A stretch of DNA of 63,428 nucleotides, filler included, from Octopus bimaculoides (taxonomy: Eukaryota): NCBI RefSeq assembly GCF_001194135.2. It is 4 parts of 4 records of this genome, joined end to end, with 100 filler letters (N's around TTAATTAATTAA, not from the genome) between each part and the next. Parts side by side here need not be neighbours in the genome. Positions count along the whole stretch, not along the records: positions 43,681 to 63,428 come from NC_068991.1; 3 more parts are not named here. The stretch is one strand, 5' to 3'. Shown in pieces: positions 51,857-63,428 of the stretch. Numbering within the stretch: position 1 is the stretch's first letter; each line of letters begins with the position of its first letter. Below the pieces are notes generated by a model. That model did not search any database. It was given only the letters and a program-made list of their open reading frames with translations, and was not told the DNA's origin. The translations under genes were made by a program, and so were the position numbers.

Positions 51857-52302
51857 NNNNNNNNNNNNNNNNNNNNNNNNNNNNNNNNNNNNNNNNNNNN
51901 NNNNNNNNNNNNNNNNNNNNNNNNNNNNNNNNNNNNNNNNNNNNNNNNNNNNNNNNNNNNNNNNNNNNNNNNNNNNNNNNNNNNNNNNNNNNNNNNNNNN
52001 NNNNNNNNNNNNNNNNNNNNNNNNNNNNNNNNNNNNNNNNNNNNNNNNNNNNNNNNNNNNNNNNNNNNNNNNNNNNNNNNNNNNNNNNNNNNNNNNNNNN
52101 NNNNNNNNNNNNNNNNNNNNNNNNNNNNNNNNNNNNNNNNNNNNNNNNNNNNNNNNNNNNNNNNNNNNNNNNNNNNNNNNNNNNNNNNNNNNNNNNNNNN
52201 NNNNNNNNNNNNNNNNNNNNNNNNNNNNNNNNNNNNNNNNNNNNNNNNNNNNNNNNNNNNNNNNNNNNNNNNNNNNNNNNNNNNNNNNNNNNNNNNNNNN
52301 NN

Positions 52303-52334
<32 letters not shown>

Positions 52335-52350
52335 GCACATACATTCATAT

Positions 52351-52391
<41 letters not shown>

Positions 52392-53991
52392 AGACTAATT
52401 CACAACTCAGCATATTTGTTAAACAGGTTCTATGTCGAACCATTGTACGTGCACACACACACACACCCATAAGAATAAAATATTAGCATAAGAGATTAAT
52501 ATCAACAGCAGTATATGCAATCAAGTGCGCAACCACGAGATTGAAAGAATTGACATGACTGCGTCTGTGTGTCTGCTACTTGCTAAAGCGCAATATATCT
52601 CAGATATGACAGAGTCATTAGCTATGGTCATTGCCCTAATATATCTTGCACACCCAACAGCGCTGTATAAACATGTACCAAACAGAAGACATAATGATGA
52701 TATGGAGAAAATAATGTGGGATATGTCTGTCCAAAGTCAGGGATCATCACAGAAGCGTGGTGTGAGGCGTGAAACGTGAGGAGTGCTGTAGGTGTGGATC
52801 GCACAATGTGGACGCTCATCTGTTGGGGAAAACAAACTTATGTCAAAGGTATGTTATATTTACGGAATTAAGTCGTTTTGGCTACCACGCTACCGTATAA
52901 GACGACAGAACCTACCCCAAATTTACGTTACACCCTGAATCATCGATCTTAGAATTTTCTTTTTGAATTTTTTTTCCTCGTTCACATCAAGGATCGAAAA
53001 ATTTGTTATGTCATTGACACCTTTATTAAATCGTTATATTCTCGCCCCACCATTTTGTAAGATTTTAAAATTAAAGTAAAATGTATGATTTTGAAGCGTG
53101 GTTTTATAGGCACTNNNNNNNNNNNNNNNNNNNNNNNNNNNNNNNNNNNNNNNNNNNNNNNNNNNNNNNNNNNNNNNNNNNNNNNNNNNNNNNNNNNNNN
53201 NNNNNNNNNNNNNNNNNNNNNNNNNNNNNNNNNNNNNNNNNNNNNNNNNNNNNNNNNNNNNNNNNNNNNNNNNNNNNNNNNNNNNNNNNNNNNNNNNNNN
53301 NNNNNNNNNNNNNNNNNNNNNNNNNNNNNNNNNNNNNNNNNNNNNNNNNNNNNNNNNNNNNNNNNNNNNNNNNNNNNNNNNNNNNNNNNNNNNNNNNNNN
53401 NNNNNNNNNNNNNNNNNNNNNNNNNNNNNNNNNNNNNNNNNNNNNNNNNNNNNNNNNNNNNNNNNNNNNNNNNNNNNNNNNNNNNNNNNNNNNNNNNNNN
53501 NNNNNNNNNNNNNNNNNNNNNNNNNNNNNNNNNNNNNNNNNNNNNNNNNNNNNNNNNNNNNNNNNNNNNNNNNNNNNNNNNNNNNNNNNNNNNNNNNNNN
53601 NNNNNNNNNNNNNNNNNNNNNNNNNNNNNNNNNNNNNNNNNNNNNNNNNNNNNNNNNNNNNNNNNNNNNNNNNNNNNNNNNNNNNNNNNNNNNNNNNNNN
53701 NNNNNNNNNNNNNNNNNNNNNNNNNNNNNNNNNNNNNNNNNNNNNNNNNNNNNNNNNNNNNNNNNNNNNNNNNNNNNNNNNNNNNNNNNNNNNNNNNNNN
53801 NNNNNNNNNNNNNNNNNNNNNNNNNNNNNNNNNNNNNNNNNNNNNNNNNNNNNNNNNNNNNNNNNNNNNNNNNNNNNNNNNNNNNNNNNNNNNNNNNNNN
53901 NNNNNNNNNNNNNNNNNNNNNNNNNNNNNNNNNNNNNNNNNNNNNNNNNNNNNNNNNNNNNNNNNNNNNNNNNNNNNNNNNNNNNNNNNNN

Positions 53992-54035
<44 letters not shown>

Positions 54036-54133
54036 TACACGTACACATATATGTGTGTGTGTGTATAAATATATATACATATACATATACATATATATAT
54101 ATATACATAAAACAGAGATCCATATACACACAA

Positions 54134-54171
<38 letters not shown>

Positions 54172-54657
54172 CTGTGCTCCAGTATAGCCGCAGTCAAGAT
54201 GATTGAAACAAGTAAAAATGTAAAAGAATAAAAGAATGTAGGAGTAACAGTGTGATTCGAGTTCCGAAAGTTTCGTGGGTTGGCATTTATCAAACTTTGG
54301 TAAGTGCCAACGCACGAAACTCTCAAAACTTGAGTCATTCTGTTAGTTCTGCTATTTTTCCTGTTTGCATCAACATACCTATATAAAACGTATAAAAAAA
54401 TTAAAAAAAGGATATATTACTTTATCCAAAAGTTGTGACAGCGAAAGGCCAAGTTACACACACACACAAACACACTCACGCAAACACACACACACACACA
54501 TACACAGGACATTCTTCTTTCAGTCTCTTCCGAACAGATCCACTCACAGGGCTTTGGCGGACCCGCGACTATACATGATACCACAACGTGGTTGCAAAGC
54601 ACCAGGCTTCTTAAGTGCCTATGACATTGTGTGTGCGATATGCACACACACATACAC

Positions 54658-54712
<55 letters not shown>

Positions 54713-54900
54713 CGGTCGGTCTCTGAGGTTACACTGGCATTCACGTCCATATAGGGCTTAGCTTTAGAGTGTTGCTTCAGATCCTAGAATATGCTGGCCT
54801 ATGGCCTCTCTAGAAAATGAAGGAAGAGAAGACTTCGTTTCTCTGTCAACAAAAAAGGATTGTCTCTCTTTTACCGCTATTAATTGACGTGTTGGCGTGT

Positions 54901-55082
54901 GGGTCCCAGGATGCCAGCAAGAATTTCCTAAAGTGCAAGTAGGGTCCAAAGACCTCCACCCTGGAGTTAAGGATCTTCCCAGGATCGAGGGAGTCCTTTG
55001 ATATCCTCGTCTGTTGGATTATGCACAGTTCACAACGCTTCGTCCTATTTATGTAGGTGCCTAGGTATTCTAGGATCTTTCA
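54901..55082 (-). mobile_element. Second Penelope-like GIY-YIG C-terminal fragment (different family)
   Basis: Frame (W>*)KILEYLGTYINRTKRCELCIIQQTRISKDSLDPGKILNSRVEVFGPYLHFRKFLLASWDP matches the WxI..Y...CxLC...I...LNxRxE...H..K.LL tail pattern also seen at 30 kb. Not called in the ORF track. Confidence 0.65.
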
Positions 55083-55112
55083 TGATATTACGTGATGAAA
55101 ATAAATAAGTAA

Positions 55113-55169
<57 letters not shown>

Positions 55170-55894
55170 CCAGTTCATTTGGAGCCCACCCACGGATTTA
55201 CAATATAGAATTGTGATGAGTAATAACTTAGGACCCTACCAAAACATTACTTCTTCACTAATCTAAGTAATATTGTTAGCCTGGTGTGCCAACAGAGAGC
55301 TTATGGAGTATTTTGCCCGGATGATCGTTCTTTATGTTACTTGTCCTGTTTTCCATTTGTTTCTCTCGTTGTTTGCGTATTCAACTCATTTGCTTTCGTA
55401 TTTCATTTCGTTTACTGTTTGTCACGTCCTGTACCCATATATGCATATATATGAATATATATATATATATATACATACATACATATATATATNNNNNNNN
55501 NNNNNNNNNNNNNNNNNNNNNNNNNNNNNNNNNNNNNNNNNNNNNNNNNNNNNNNNNNNNNNNNNNNNNNNNNNNNNNNNNNNNNNNNNNNNNNNNNNNN
55601 NNNNNNNNNNNNNNNNNNNNNNNNNNNNNNNNNNNNNNNNNNNNNNNNNNNNNNNNNNNNNNNNNNNNNNNNNNNNNNNNNNNNNNNNNNNNNNNNNNNN
55701 NNNNNNNNNNNNNNNNNNNNNNNNNNNNNNNNNNNNNNNNNNNNNNNNNNNNNNNNNNNNNNNNNNNNNNNNNNNNNNNNNNNNNNNNNNNNNNNNNNNN
55801 NNNNNNNNNNNNNNNNNNNNNNNNNNNNNNNNNNNNNNNNNNNNNNNNNNNNNNNNNNNNNNNNNNNNNNNNNNNNNNNNNNNNNNNNNNNNNN

Positions 55895-55944
<50 letters not shown>

Positions 55945-56940
55945 TATAGATATAAATGATATATACACACACAAATACATATGCACACATATACACACAC
56001 AAATACACAGACACATACACACATACACGACGTGGTTTCAGGTTCTGTCCCACAGCATACCAGTGGGTTAGTGTCTTCTACTGTAACCACGCTCGTTTGG
56101 TTACAAAGTACGACTTCCCTGGTGGTATTGCATGCTTACGATCCCGAAAGTATGTCATGGCTTCATGACATGTCCTGATATGTTTCGCAATCTTAGTAAA
56201 TAAAAGACACATTCATATGCTATTTTACTATGACGAAAGAGATCTTTGAGGAAGGATTTTTACAATCATAAATAAGCATTCATAAAAGAAATGCAAAAGA
56301 AAAACAAAAGACAATCTTTGAATTACATCTGGTTTGAAATCGGGGAAAAAGTTGCGAACTTAATTATCATATACAGTCGTTGGAAGCCTTGTGTAAATGG
56401 CAGCAAAATATGTCACTGCTGATCCTGAGAAACTCATTGGAAACGAGGTTATATTTAAATGCCAAATTTGAGATGTTTGATCGATAAAAACACGTTGGTA
56501 ATTTCATATTACATAAATACCTACAGCAAAACTGAATCAGACATTGTCTTTATGCAGGTATGAATGGTAGATGCATAGATGTGGAAGTAACAAATATATA
56601 TGAATTCTTTTTACCTTCTCCCTTTCTTTCTTACCTTTATTATTTATTACTTTTATCAAACAAAAAGTAAACTGAATGTAACGTTCATTAGAATACATTT
56701 CTTCGTTAAGAAACCTTTAAAGTCCCAGACCTTGATGTCAAGGGACATTTCACATTTGTGTTTTCTTATCAATTTGAGAAAAAGAAACATTGATTCCAGA
56801 ATACTCAGGATGCACCAAACGGAAGTAAATGGAGTGCTGCTTTGTGCTCAAGCACATCACTATATGAGACAAGCACGGGCGGAGTGATAGGATTCCGAGG
56901 AGAGATTTACAACTATACATATATACACAGAGAAAAATGG

Positions 56941-56987
<47 letters not shown>

Positions 56988-57374
56988 AATATGTACTTAT
57001 TTACACAAACACATGTAAACATACGCACAAATTTCACATAAGCTTTCACATAGAAAGATATTATGTGAATGTGTATATGTGCGTGTTTGTGTACATGTAC
57101 AGAGGAACATCATGTTTGTGTTTGTATATACATACACACACACACACACACACACACANNNNNNNNNNNNNNNNNNNNNNNNNNNNNNNNNNNNNNNNNN
57201 NNNNNNNNNNNNNNNNNNNNNNNNNNNNNNNNNNNNNNNNNNNNNNNNNNNNNNNNNNNNNNNNNNNNNNNNNNNNNNNNNNNNNNNNNNNNNNNNNNNN
57301 NNNNNNNNNNNNNNNNNNNNNNNNNNNNNNNNNNNNNNNNNNNNNNNNNNNNNNNNNNNNNNNNNNNNNNNNNN

Positions 57375-57409
<35 letters not shown>

Positions 57410-58227
57410 CAGATATATATAAGCAGATATATAAACGAATACACATAAACACTTGTACATACATATTAAAGTGCAGACTACTATAAAACATAATCACACA
57501 CACACGCACACACACACATATATATATATATCAAACCATATACGCATACATACACACATAGATACATAGATAAGTATTACACAAATGCATTTATATGTAC
57601 GTCCGTACATACATGTATACATACAGGAAGTAAGTCATAAATACACCAAATGTCAGTGCTGCGACTTCAAAGAGACTGATTAAAAATAAAAACTTCTGTG
57701 GGTATTTAGTTTCTTGTAAGATTGCTAGCGTTTAGGTACTCCTATCTAATTACTGTCTCTCACTTTCCCTCCCTCACCAATCACACTTTCCCTTTTCCTC
57801 CGTACCATACCCTCTGTCATTCTGTCACCCACTCTGTCTCCTCTTTCTCTCTCTTTCCTTTTCTCTTATTCTGTCTCTTACTCTCACTTCCACTGTGATA
57901 CTATATACCTATCTATCTAATATATCAGTCTCCCTACTTTATCAGTACGTACCACCCTTATTAAAAGGCGTTTCAATCATAGACTATATGTGTGTGTGTA
58001 TGCACGCGCGCACTTATTTTTGTGTAACCATTTAATAAAAGTGAAGCGTACTCATAGACAGAATAAATAGCTAGAGAGGGTCTGATGTTTTCTGAGTGTA
58101 TGTACTCACATACACACACACAGATATACTCACACACACACACACACAGAAACACACATGTAGGTCGCCCCAGTAGACTGTTACTCTTGAGTTTCCGCGT
58201 ATACACACACACACACACATATATATA

Positions 58228-58290
58228 TTTCATCTTCATTTTATCTAGTTTCAGCTCATGAGCTGTGGCCATGCTGGGGCACCGCCATTA
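58228..58290 (-). mobile_element. SINE-type 3' tail fused to the 5S copy
   Basis: TAATGGCGGTGCCCCAGCATGGCCACAGCTCATGAGCTGAAACTAGATAAAATGAAG aligns with the family A tail (e.g. 4170-4232). Confidence 0.8.
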
Positions 58291-58406
58291 TGCTTACAGC
58301 ACCTAGGTTTCCCAAGCGGTCACCCATCTAAGTACTAACTAGGCTCGATGTTGCCTAACTTCGGTGATCGGACGAGAACCGGTGCTTTCAACGTGATATG
58401 GCCGTA

Positions 58407-58409
<3 letters not shown>
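58291..58409 (-). rRNA. 5S rRNA-derived sequence, full length (119 nt); probably a retro-copy or SINE head rather than a functional gene
   Basis: GTTTACGGCCATATCACGTTGAAAGCACCGGTTCTCGTCCGATCACCGAAGTTAGGCAACATCGAGCCTAGTTAGTACTTAGATGGGTGACCGCTTGGGAAACCTAGGTGCTGTAAGCA. No oligo-T terminator follows; (TA)n lies upstream. Confidence 0.92.
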
Positions 58410-58456
<47 letters not shown>

Positions 58457-59819
58457 CATACATATATAAAATATGATATAATATAACTAGAAGTGTTTCG
58501 TCTAGGATTATCGAGTGAATATATAACATCACATTTGGTCAACGTGTACTTTTCTTTGTCAAGACAACAATTTGTAGGTGATTTGGCTGCTATTTATAGC
58601 AAGTCAAACAACCGCGTAAAGAATCATCCCTCGATGCCTCGGCATTCCTCGGTTTCCTTGTTATTTTGATTGGTGCTGGTAGTGTTGTTTAGTTCCAAAG
58701 AAACCTTATGAATTAGGTTTATGACACATCACATTCTAGCTATGACCATCATTTTTTTTTGTTATTATTTTTTTACTGACGTAGCATAGTTATGATGACA
58801 TTATCCTATGTCATCTTTCTTTGGCTTTTTCTAGTAAGGAGATTAGCGGCATTGAGATTTCTTCGTTAATTATTTTGTAATGTTCCAATATTTATTGTTA
58901 CTCGACGATTTAAATCTTTATTCCGCAGATGAGTCAGACCATGGCATTAGTGCATACGGTCTTTGGTCAACAAACCCATCGAAAGAAACTCTGTATTTCT
59001 GACATTTCCTCTTCAGGGGTATCAAACACACAGTTCACGGTAATATTTAGTTTTGCTTCCAGTTCAGTACCATTAATCATAAGTATCTTTTATTGATTTG
59101 AAATTTTAAAATATTCTATAAAATATATGTCGTCCGTATAAGTTTAGAGTTGGAGTCTGACTAGAGTCGTGATTAAAACTATTTCCGATTTGTCAAATTA
59201 GTCCACCTTGAAACTTTTATCTCAACCAATGAAAAAGAAGCTTATGAATCCAACTACAAAAAAAAAAATTGGAATATATTTCCCCTCCACTCTGTTTATA
59301 CATGCCATATTCAAAAGAATTCTTTCTTTCTTTTTCTTCTTTTTTTTCAAATTTATCTATGTGTTTGTCTGAACGGGTTCTGTTGATTATTGACTCGAAC
59401 AATATTGAAGGGTTTCCTGCTGAAATAGTGCAAGCTTTCTATCAAGCGTTCGTCTTTCTATCTGCGTTCTCATCCTAAACGCTCTTACTTGATAGGACTC
59501 TGTACATATGCGGATGAATTAATAAGACTGTATGCTTATATTATAAGTATAAATGTGTGTGTGTGCGTTTGTAGCTATATACACACGCGTGCATGCGAAG
59601 AAATTTTAGAGACACCTCATAATGTTAATAAAGTTATTATCCAATCATCTGGTCTACATTGTGCATAGGGTTTTTAAGTTTTTAAGTCCGCAAGATCTTG
59701 TATATGTTTCCATCCTCGCTCGCGAAGCCAAACAAGTCTGACACCCTTGGTACACATGGTCATGCACCAGCTACAAACAACAACCATATCTCACTTCAAA
59801 TCAAAGCTTACAATCTATT

Positions 59820-59865
<46 letters not shown>

Positions 59866-60732
59866 GGATGAAGTCGTAAAGGTCAGTGATGGGATGTTTT
59901 TTTTTTTTATCATTATAAGCTTTCTCTTAAGGCGGCGAGTTAGCAGAATCGTTGGACAAAATGCTCAGCGGCATTTCGTCCGTCTCAACGTTCTGATTTC
60001 AAATTCTGCAGAGGTCTTCTTTGCTATCATCCTTTCGGGGGGTCTATAAAATAAGTACCAATTGAGCACTGGAGTCGGTCTAATTGACTTACTCCTTACC
60101 CCAAAATTTTAGGCCTTGTGTCTATAGCAGGAAGGATTATAAGTCTTCTTTCGCAAAGCTGACATGAAGTTAAATAACAATAACAACAATTACATTAATG
60201 CATAGTATTCAACTTCGTTAACAATCAGTGCTTCCCAAACGCTTTTATCTAACACTCTCCGATTTTATGGAAACAATTCGTCAACATACTCCCTTACTGC
60301 GATTGAACAAAAGTAAATACACCATAAAAATTGTAGTTGAACGTTGATCAATATAATATGTAAAGCATAAGGCAGATGCTTAAGTCATTTCGTCTGTCTT
60401 GATGTTCTGTGTTCGAATTCCGCCGAGGTCGACTTCGCCAGTCATCCTTTCGGAGTCGATGAAGTTAGCACCAGCTGAGCACTGGGGCCGATGTAATCGA
60501 CTTTCCCTTCCCCGAACTTGCTGGCTTCGTGCTAAAATTTGAAACTAATATCATAACTAATAGTCATAACAATATTTCACGTACAAATGTGTTTCTAACT
60601 TTGGCACAAGGCCAGAAAATTTAGGGGAAAAAGACAACTCGATTATTTAATTGATTCCAAAAGGATAAATGGCAAAGTTGATCTCGGCAGGATTTCAACT
60701 CAGAATATTGATACATGAATTCCCCCTCCCTC

Positions 60733-60774
<42 letters not shown>

Positions 60775-60787
60775 NNNNNNNNNNCTC

Positions 60788-60826
<39 letters not shown>

Positions 60827-63082
60827 CCCCTCCAGCTTTGATACTATCAACACTGCCTTCACCTCTGTATTTTCTTGTCTCTTTCTCGTCTTCTTATCTC
60901 TTGTTTTAGTCTCTTTTTTTTTACTTCTACGGCCTCTACCTCTCGTTATTTCTTTACCTTTTCTTAACCATTTGTCTGCCTTTTCCACTCTTTGTTGTTC
61001 AATTGCTTCCCAGGGGCGTGTTACCACCATCTTTGAGACGCTTGTATGAGACTGATGTCATCATTGCTGGAGAATATTTAATCGTGCATGTAGAATGTAA
61101 CATTGAATTAATAAACGTAAGCAAGAGTTGGGGGCAAAGTGTTTATAAGGACCAGATATTAGAACGGATTAATTACAAACTATGAAATAACATACTTGTA
61201 TAAACATAAATGATATCCCATTCATTAATATCATAACTAATAGAACTGTTAACGCATCAGGCAAGATGCTTAGCGGCATCATGTCCGGGCAAAATGCTTT
61301 GCCGCATTTCGCCGAGGTCGACTTTGCAGCAGTTTCACTGGAATAAGAACCAGCTTCAAGTTTCACGCTTTTTTCCAAGAGATGATTGAAAAATGAAAAC
61401 CTAGACTCACACTTTTGAATGGTACCACTGTCTTGAACGTGCAGTAAAAGCGGCAGGGTTATTTCAATAGTCACATATATAGTTTTACTGGACAATTTAA
61501 CCGTTTAAGTAAAGGTATGTGGCCTAGCCGTTACGCTGTTCGGCTTATCATAATGTGGTTGTGGGTTCAGTTCTTAGATCAAGTGGTACGTTGTGTCCTT
61601 GAGCAAAACACTGCATTTCACGCAGTCGCAAGCCTACTCACCTTTCTCCCGCCACTTACCACATCCTGAATGTCCTGCAGAGTCAGCGGTGAGAAAGCCG
61701 AGAGCATGTTTATGTCAGCTCGCAAATACATTGGCCCCTAAAACAATTAGCAAAAAGCATGGTAAATGTTATTAAGCGATACTTGCTTACAGGTGACCAC
61801 TGTCTGTACAACTTTAGCCCTTTAAGTTACGTGAATCGTTCATAAATGAGTAATCGAAAGTACAGAGTAACAGAAGCCAGCAATTATACGATTCTCATTG
61901 GCTAGTTATTTAAAAGTAATAATGCATCATTGAAATAATAACTTTCATGATCTTTTGTCAGAAGGGTAACATTCTCCAGCATTAGGGTACCTAAAGTAAA
62001 GTTAAAGCTCCTAAATTCCTACATGAACTAGGGATAAGTCTGGTAGAAACCGACCACCATAAATGTATAATTTCTATACATATTACATCAAAGCTTTCAG
62101 CGTTGTTTCATACACAACGAATTTATAAGACATCACTAGCAATTTTAGATGTATAGTTTAGGATATGGCATTTAACGAGAAGATCTTGGGCGGGTGTGGT
62201 GCAAATGGGGAGAAGGAGCGGATATTAGATTTGTGTCATTAGAACAGAAAGCAACCAGCATGGGTGACACAATTCATTTCGTGGTTCATAGCCTTAATCA
62301 CATAATCCTTCACAAATTGGTCGACAGAAATATGTTACATGCGGTTGTGTTTGCACGCAAAACACATACACACGCTCACACACATACATGTATATTTTAT
62401 ACGGTATGTATTACTACGTATTGCAAAGTGGTTTCGTAAGCTCTTTGGCGGTGTGTGACTGCAATGAGTGAAATCCAGGTCAAAGCTATTTAACTCATTT
62501 TGCTTATGGCCTTTGAAAAAAAAAAAAAAGAAAACTAAACAAAAACAACAGCTTGAATGTCACCCCTTTCTTTTCAACATTTTATTGACATCAATAAAAT
62601 CCATCAATTTCTAATCGATATTTCTAATTGCAATGTATCGACAGTGTAGTAACTGGTACCCTATTAGCAAACGGAATTGTGACTGATTTTTATTCTATTT
62701 ATCATACAGGAGACATACCATGAGTCTGAAATGAGAACAAATATGAACAGAAACGAAAACCGTTACGCATTTATTCCTCCACTCTATTAGATCGGGCATT
62801 CTACCACGTTGCGGTTACATAATTATGATATTGACTTATATATCCAAAAACGTTAATACGCACTGCATTGCAAGTAAATAAAATATTATGCTTTATTTAT
62901 AAATGTAAAGCATCTTTTGCATATTTATATTATACAATTATTTTAAAGATCTATCGATGACACGGCAATAGTAATGTTCTTGCGAAACGATTTCTTTTTC
63001 AAGTTGAATACATTTTGTGTGACTCTTCTTGTTATTTGGAAGAGAAGGAACCAGCAGATAATTTACTTAGCTATAAATAATG

Positions 63083-63242
63083 ACTGACTGTGTAGTAAGA
63101 AGTTTAGTTCTCAAACACATGGTTCCGGCTTCCCTCCCACAGCATAGAACCTTGGCCGAGTTTTCTACTATTGTCTCGAGCCAACCAAAGCCTTGTGAAT
63201 GGATTTGGTAGACGGTAACTGGAAGAAGCCCGTCGCGCGCGC

Positions 63243-63273
<31 letters not shown>

Positions 63274-63428
63274 TATGCACGTGCGCGCGTGTGTAGGTGT
63301 GTGAGTGTTCTCCACCATCACTTGATAACCATTGCTGGTACGTTTACGTCCCCGTACACGTAAAAAGGCCGAAATACAAAGTGCTAGGCTTAAAAGAAAA
63401 GAAGTACCGGGGTTAATTCGTTCGACTG
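63083..63428 (+). mobile_element. SINE family A copy, runs off the window end
   Basis: Head and body motifs (CCAAAGCCTTGTGAATGGATTTGGTAGACGG) followed by a GT microsatellite and the distal body. Further partial copies at about 6700-6895, 9080-9225, 26125-26280, 46490-46640 and 54500-54610. Confidence 0.75.

Noticed and set aside
473-57515. Many long ORFs of 100-430 aa in the track
   Set aside because: They consist of X runs from N gaps or translations of (TA)n, (CA)n, (CAT)n and (AGT)n microsatellites and are not coding.
58925-59000. CAGATGAGTC..AGACC/GGTCT hammerhead-like stretch (also weak cases near 39140-39205, 50945-50990 and 51210-51245)
   Set aside because: Two or more core mismatches and no convincing helix I or III.
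59370-59478. LRR-like peptide LIIDSNNIEGFPAEIVQ
   Set aside because: No acceptor AG or donor at suitable positions, and the flanking residues do not continue an LRR; likely chance.
61014-61116. AG..GT-bounded 103-nt frame GVLPPSLRRLYETDVII resembling LRRC40 exon 14
   Set aside because: Lacks the conserved Asn and is far shorter than expected; follows a CT microsatellite that mimics a polypyrimidine tract.

Overview
Eukaryotic, AT-rich, microsatellite-dense scaffold with roughly 14% N gaps. The SINE/LINE families and the 5S sequence suggest a coleoid cephalopod, probably Octopus; this is inferred, not verified. The only host gene I can support is LRRC40 on the + strand. Six GT-AG exons are visible between 2599 and 12770, corresponding to vertebrate exons 2-5, 7 and 8. 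Exon 1, exon 6 and exons 9 onward are not visible. The rest is probably intronic and filled with mobile-element relics: RTE-type LINEs, several tRNA-headed SINE families, Tigger/pogo, Tc1/mariner, a CRE-like restriction-endonuclease retrotransposon fragment and two Penelope-like (PLE) GIY-YIG fragments. Most long ORFs in the supplied track are artefacts of N runs and microsatellites. Three observations stand out. (1) At 40.0-43.6 kb there are three unrelated head-to-head palindromes whose arms read outward into minimal type I hammerhead-ribozyme motifs with a palindromic helix III; each motif has one core defect. (2) A GIY-YIG PLE fragment at 30 kb has the same divergent inverted architecture and a microhomology fold-back junction. 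(3) A full-length 5S rRNA copy at 58.3 kb is fused directly to a SINE-type 3' tail, a candidate 5S-derived SINE.
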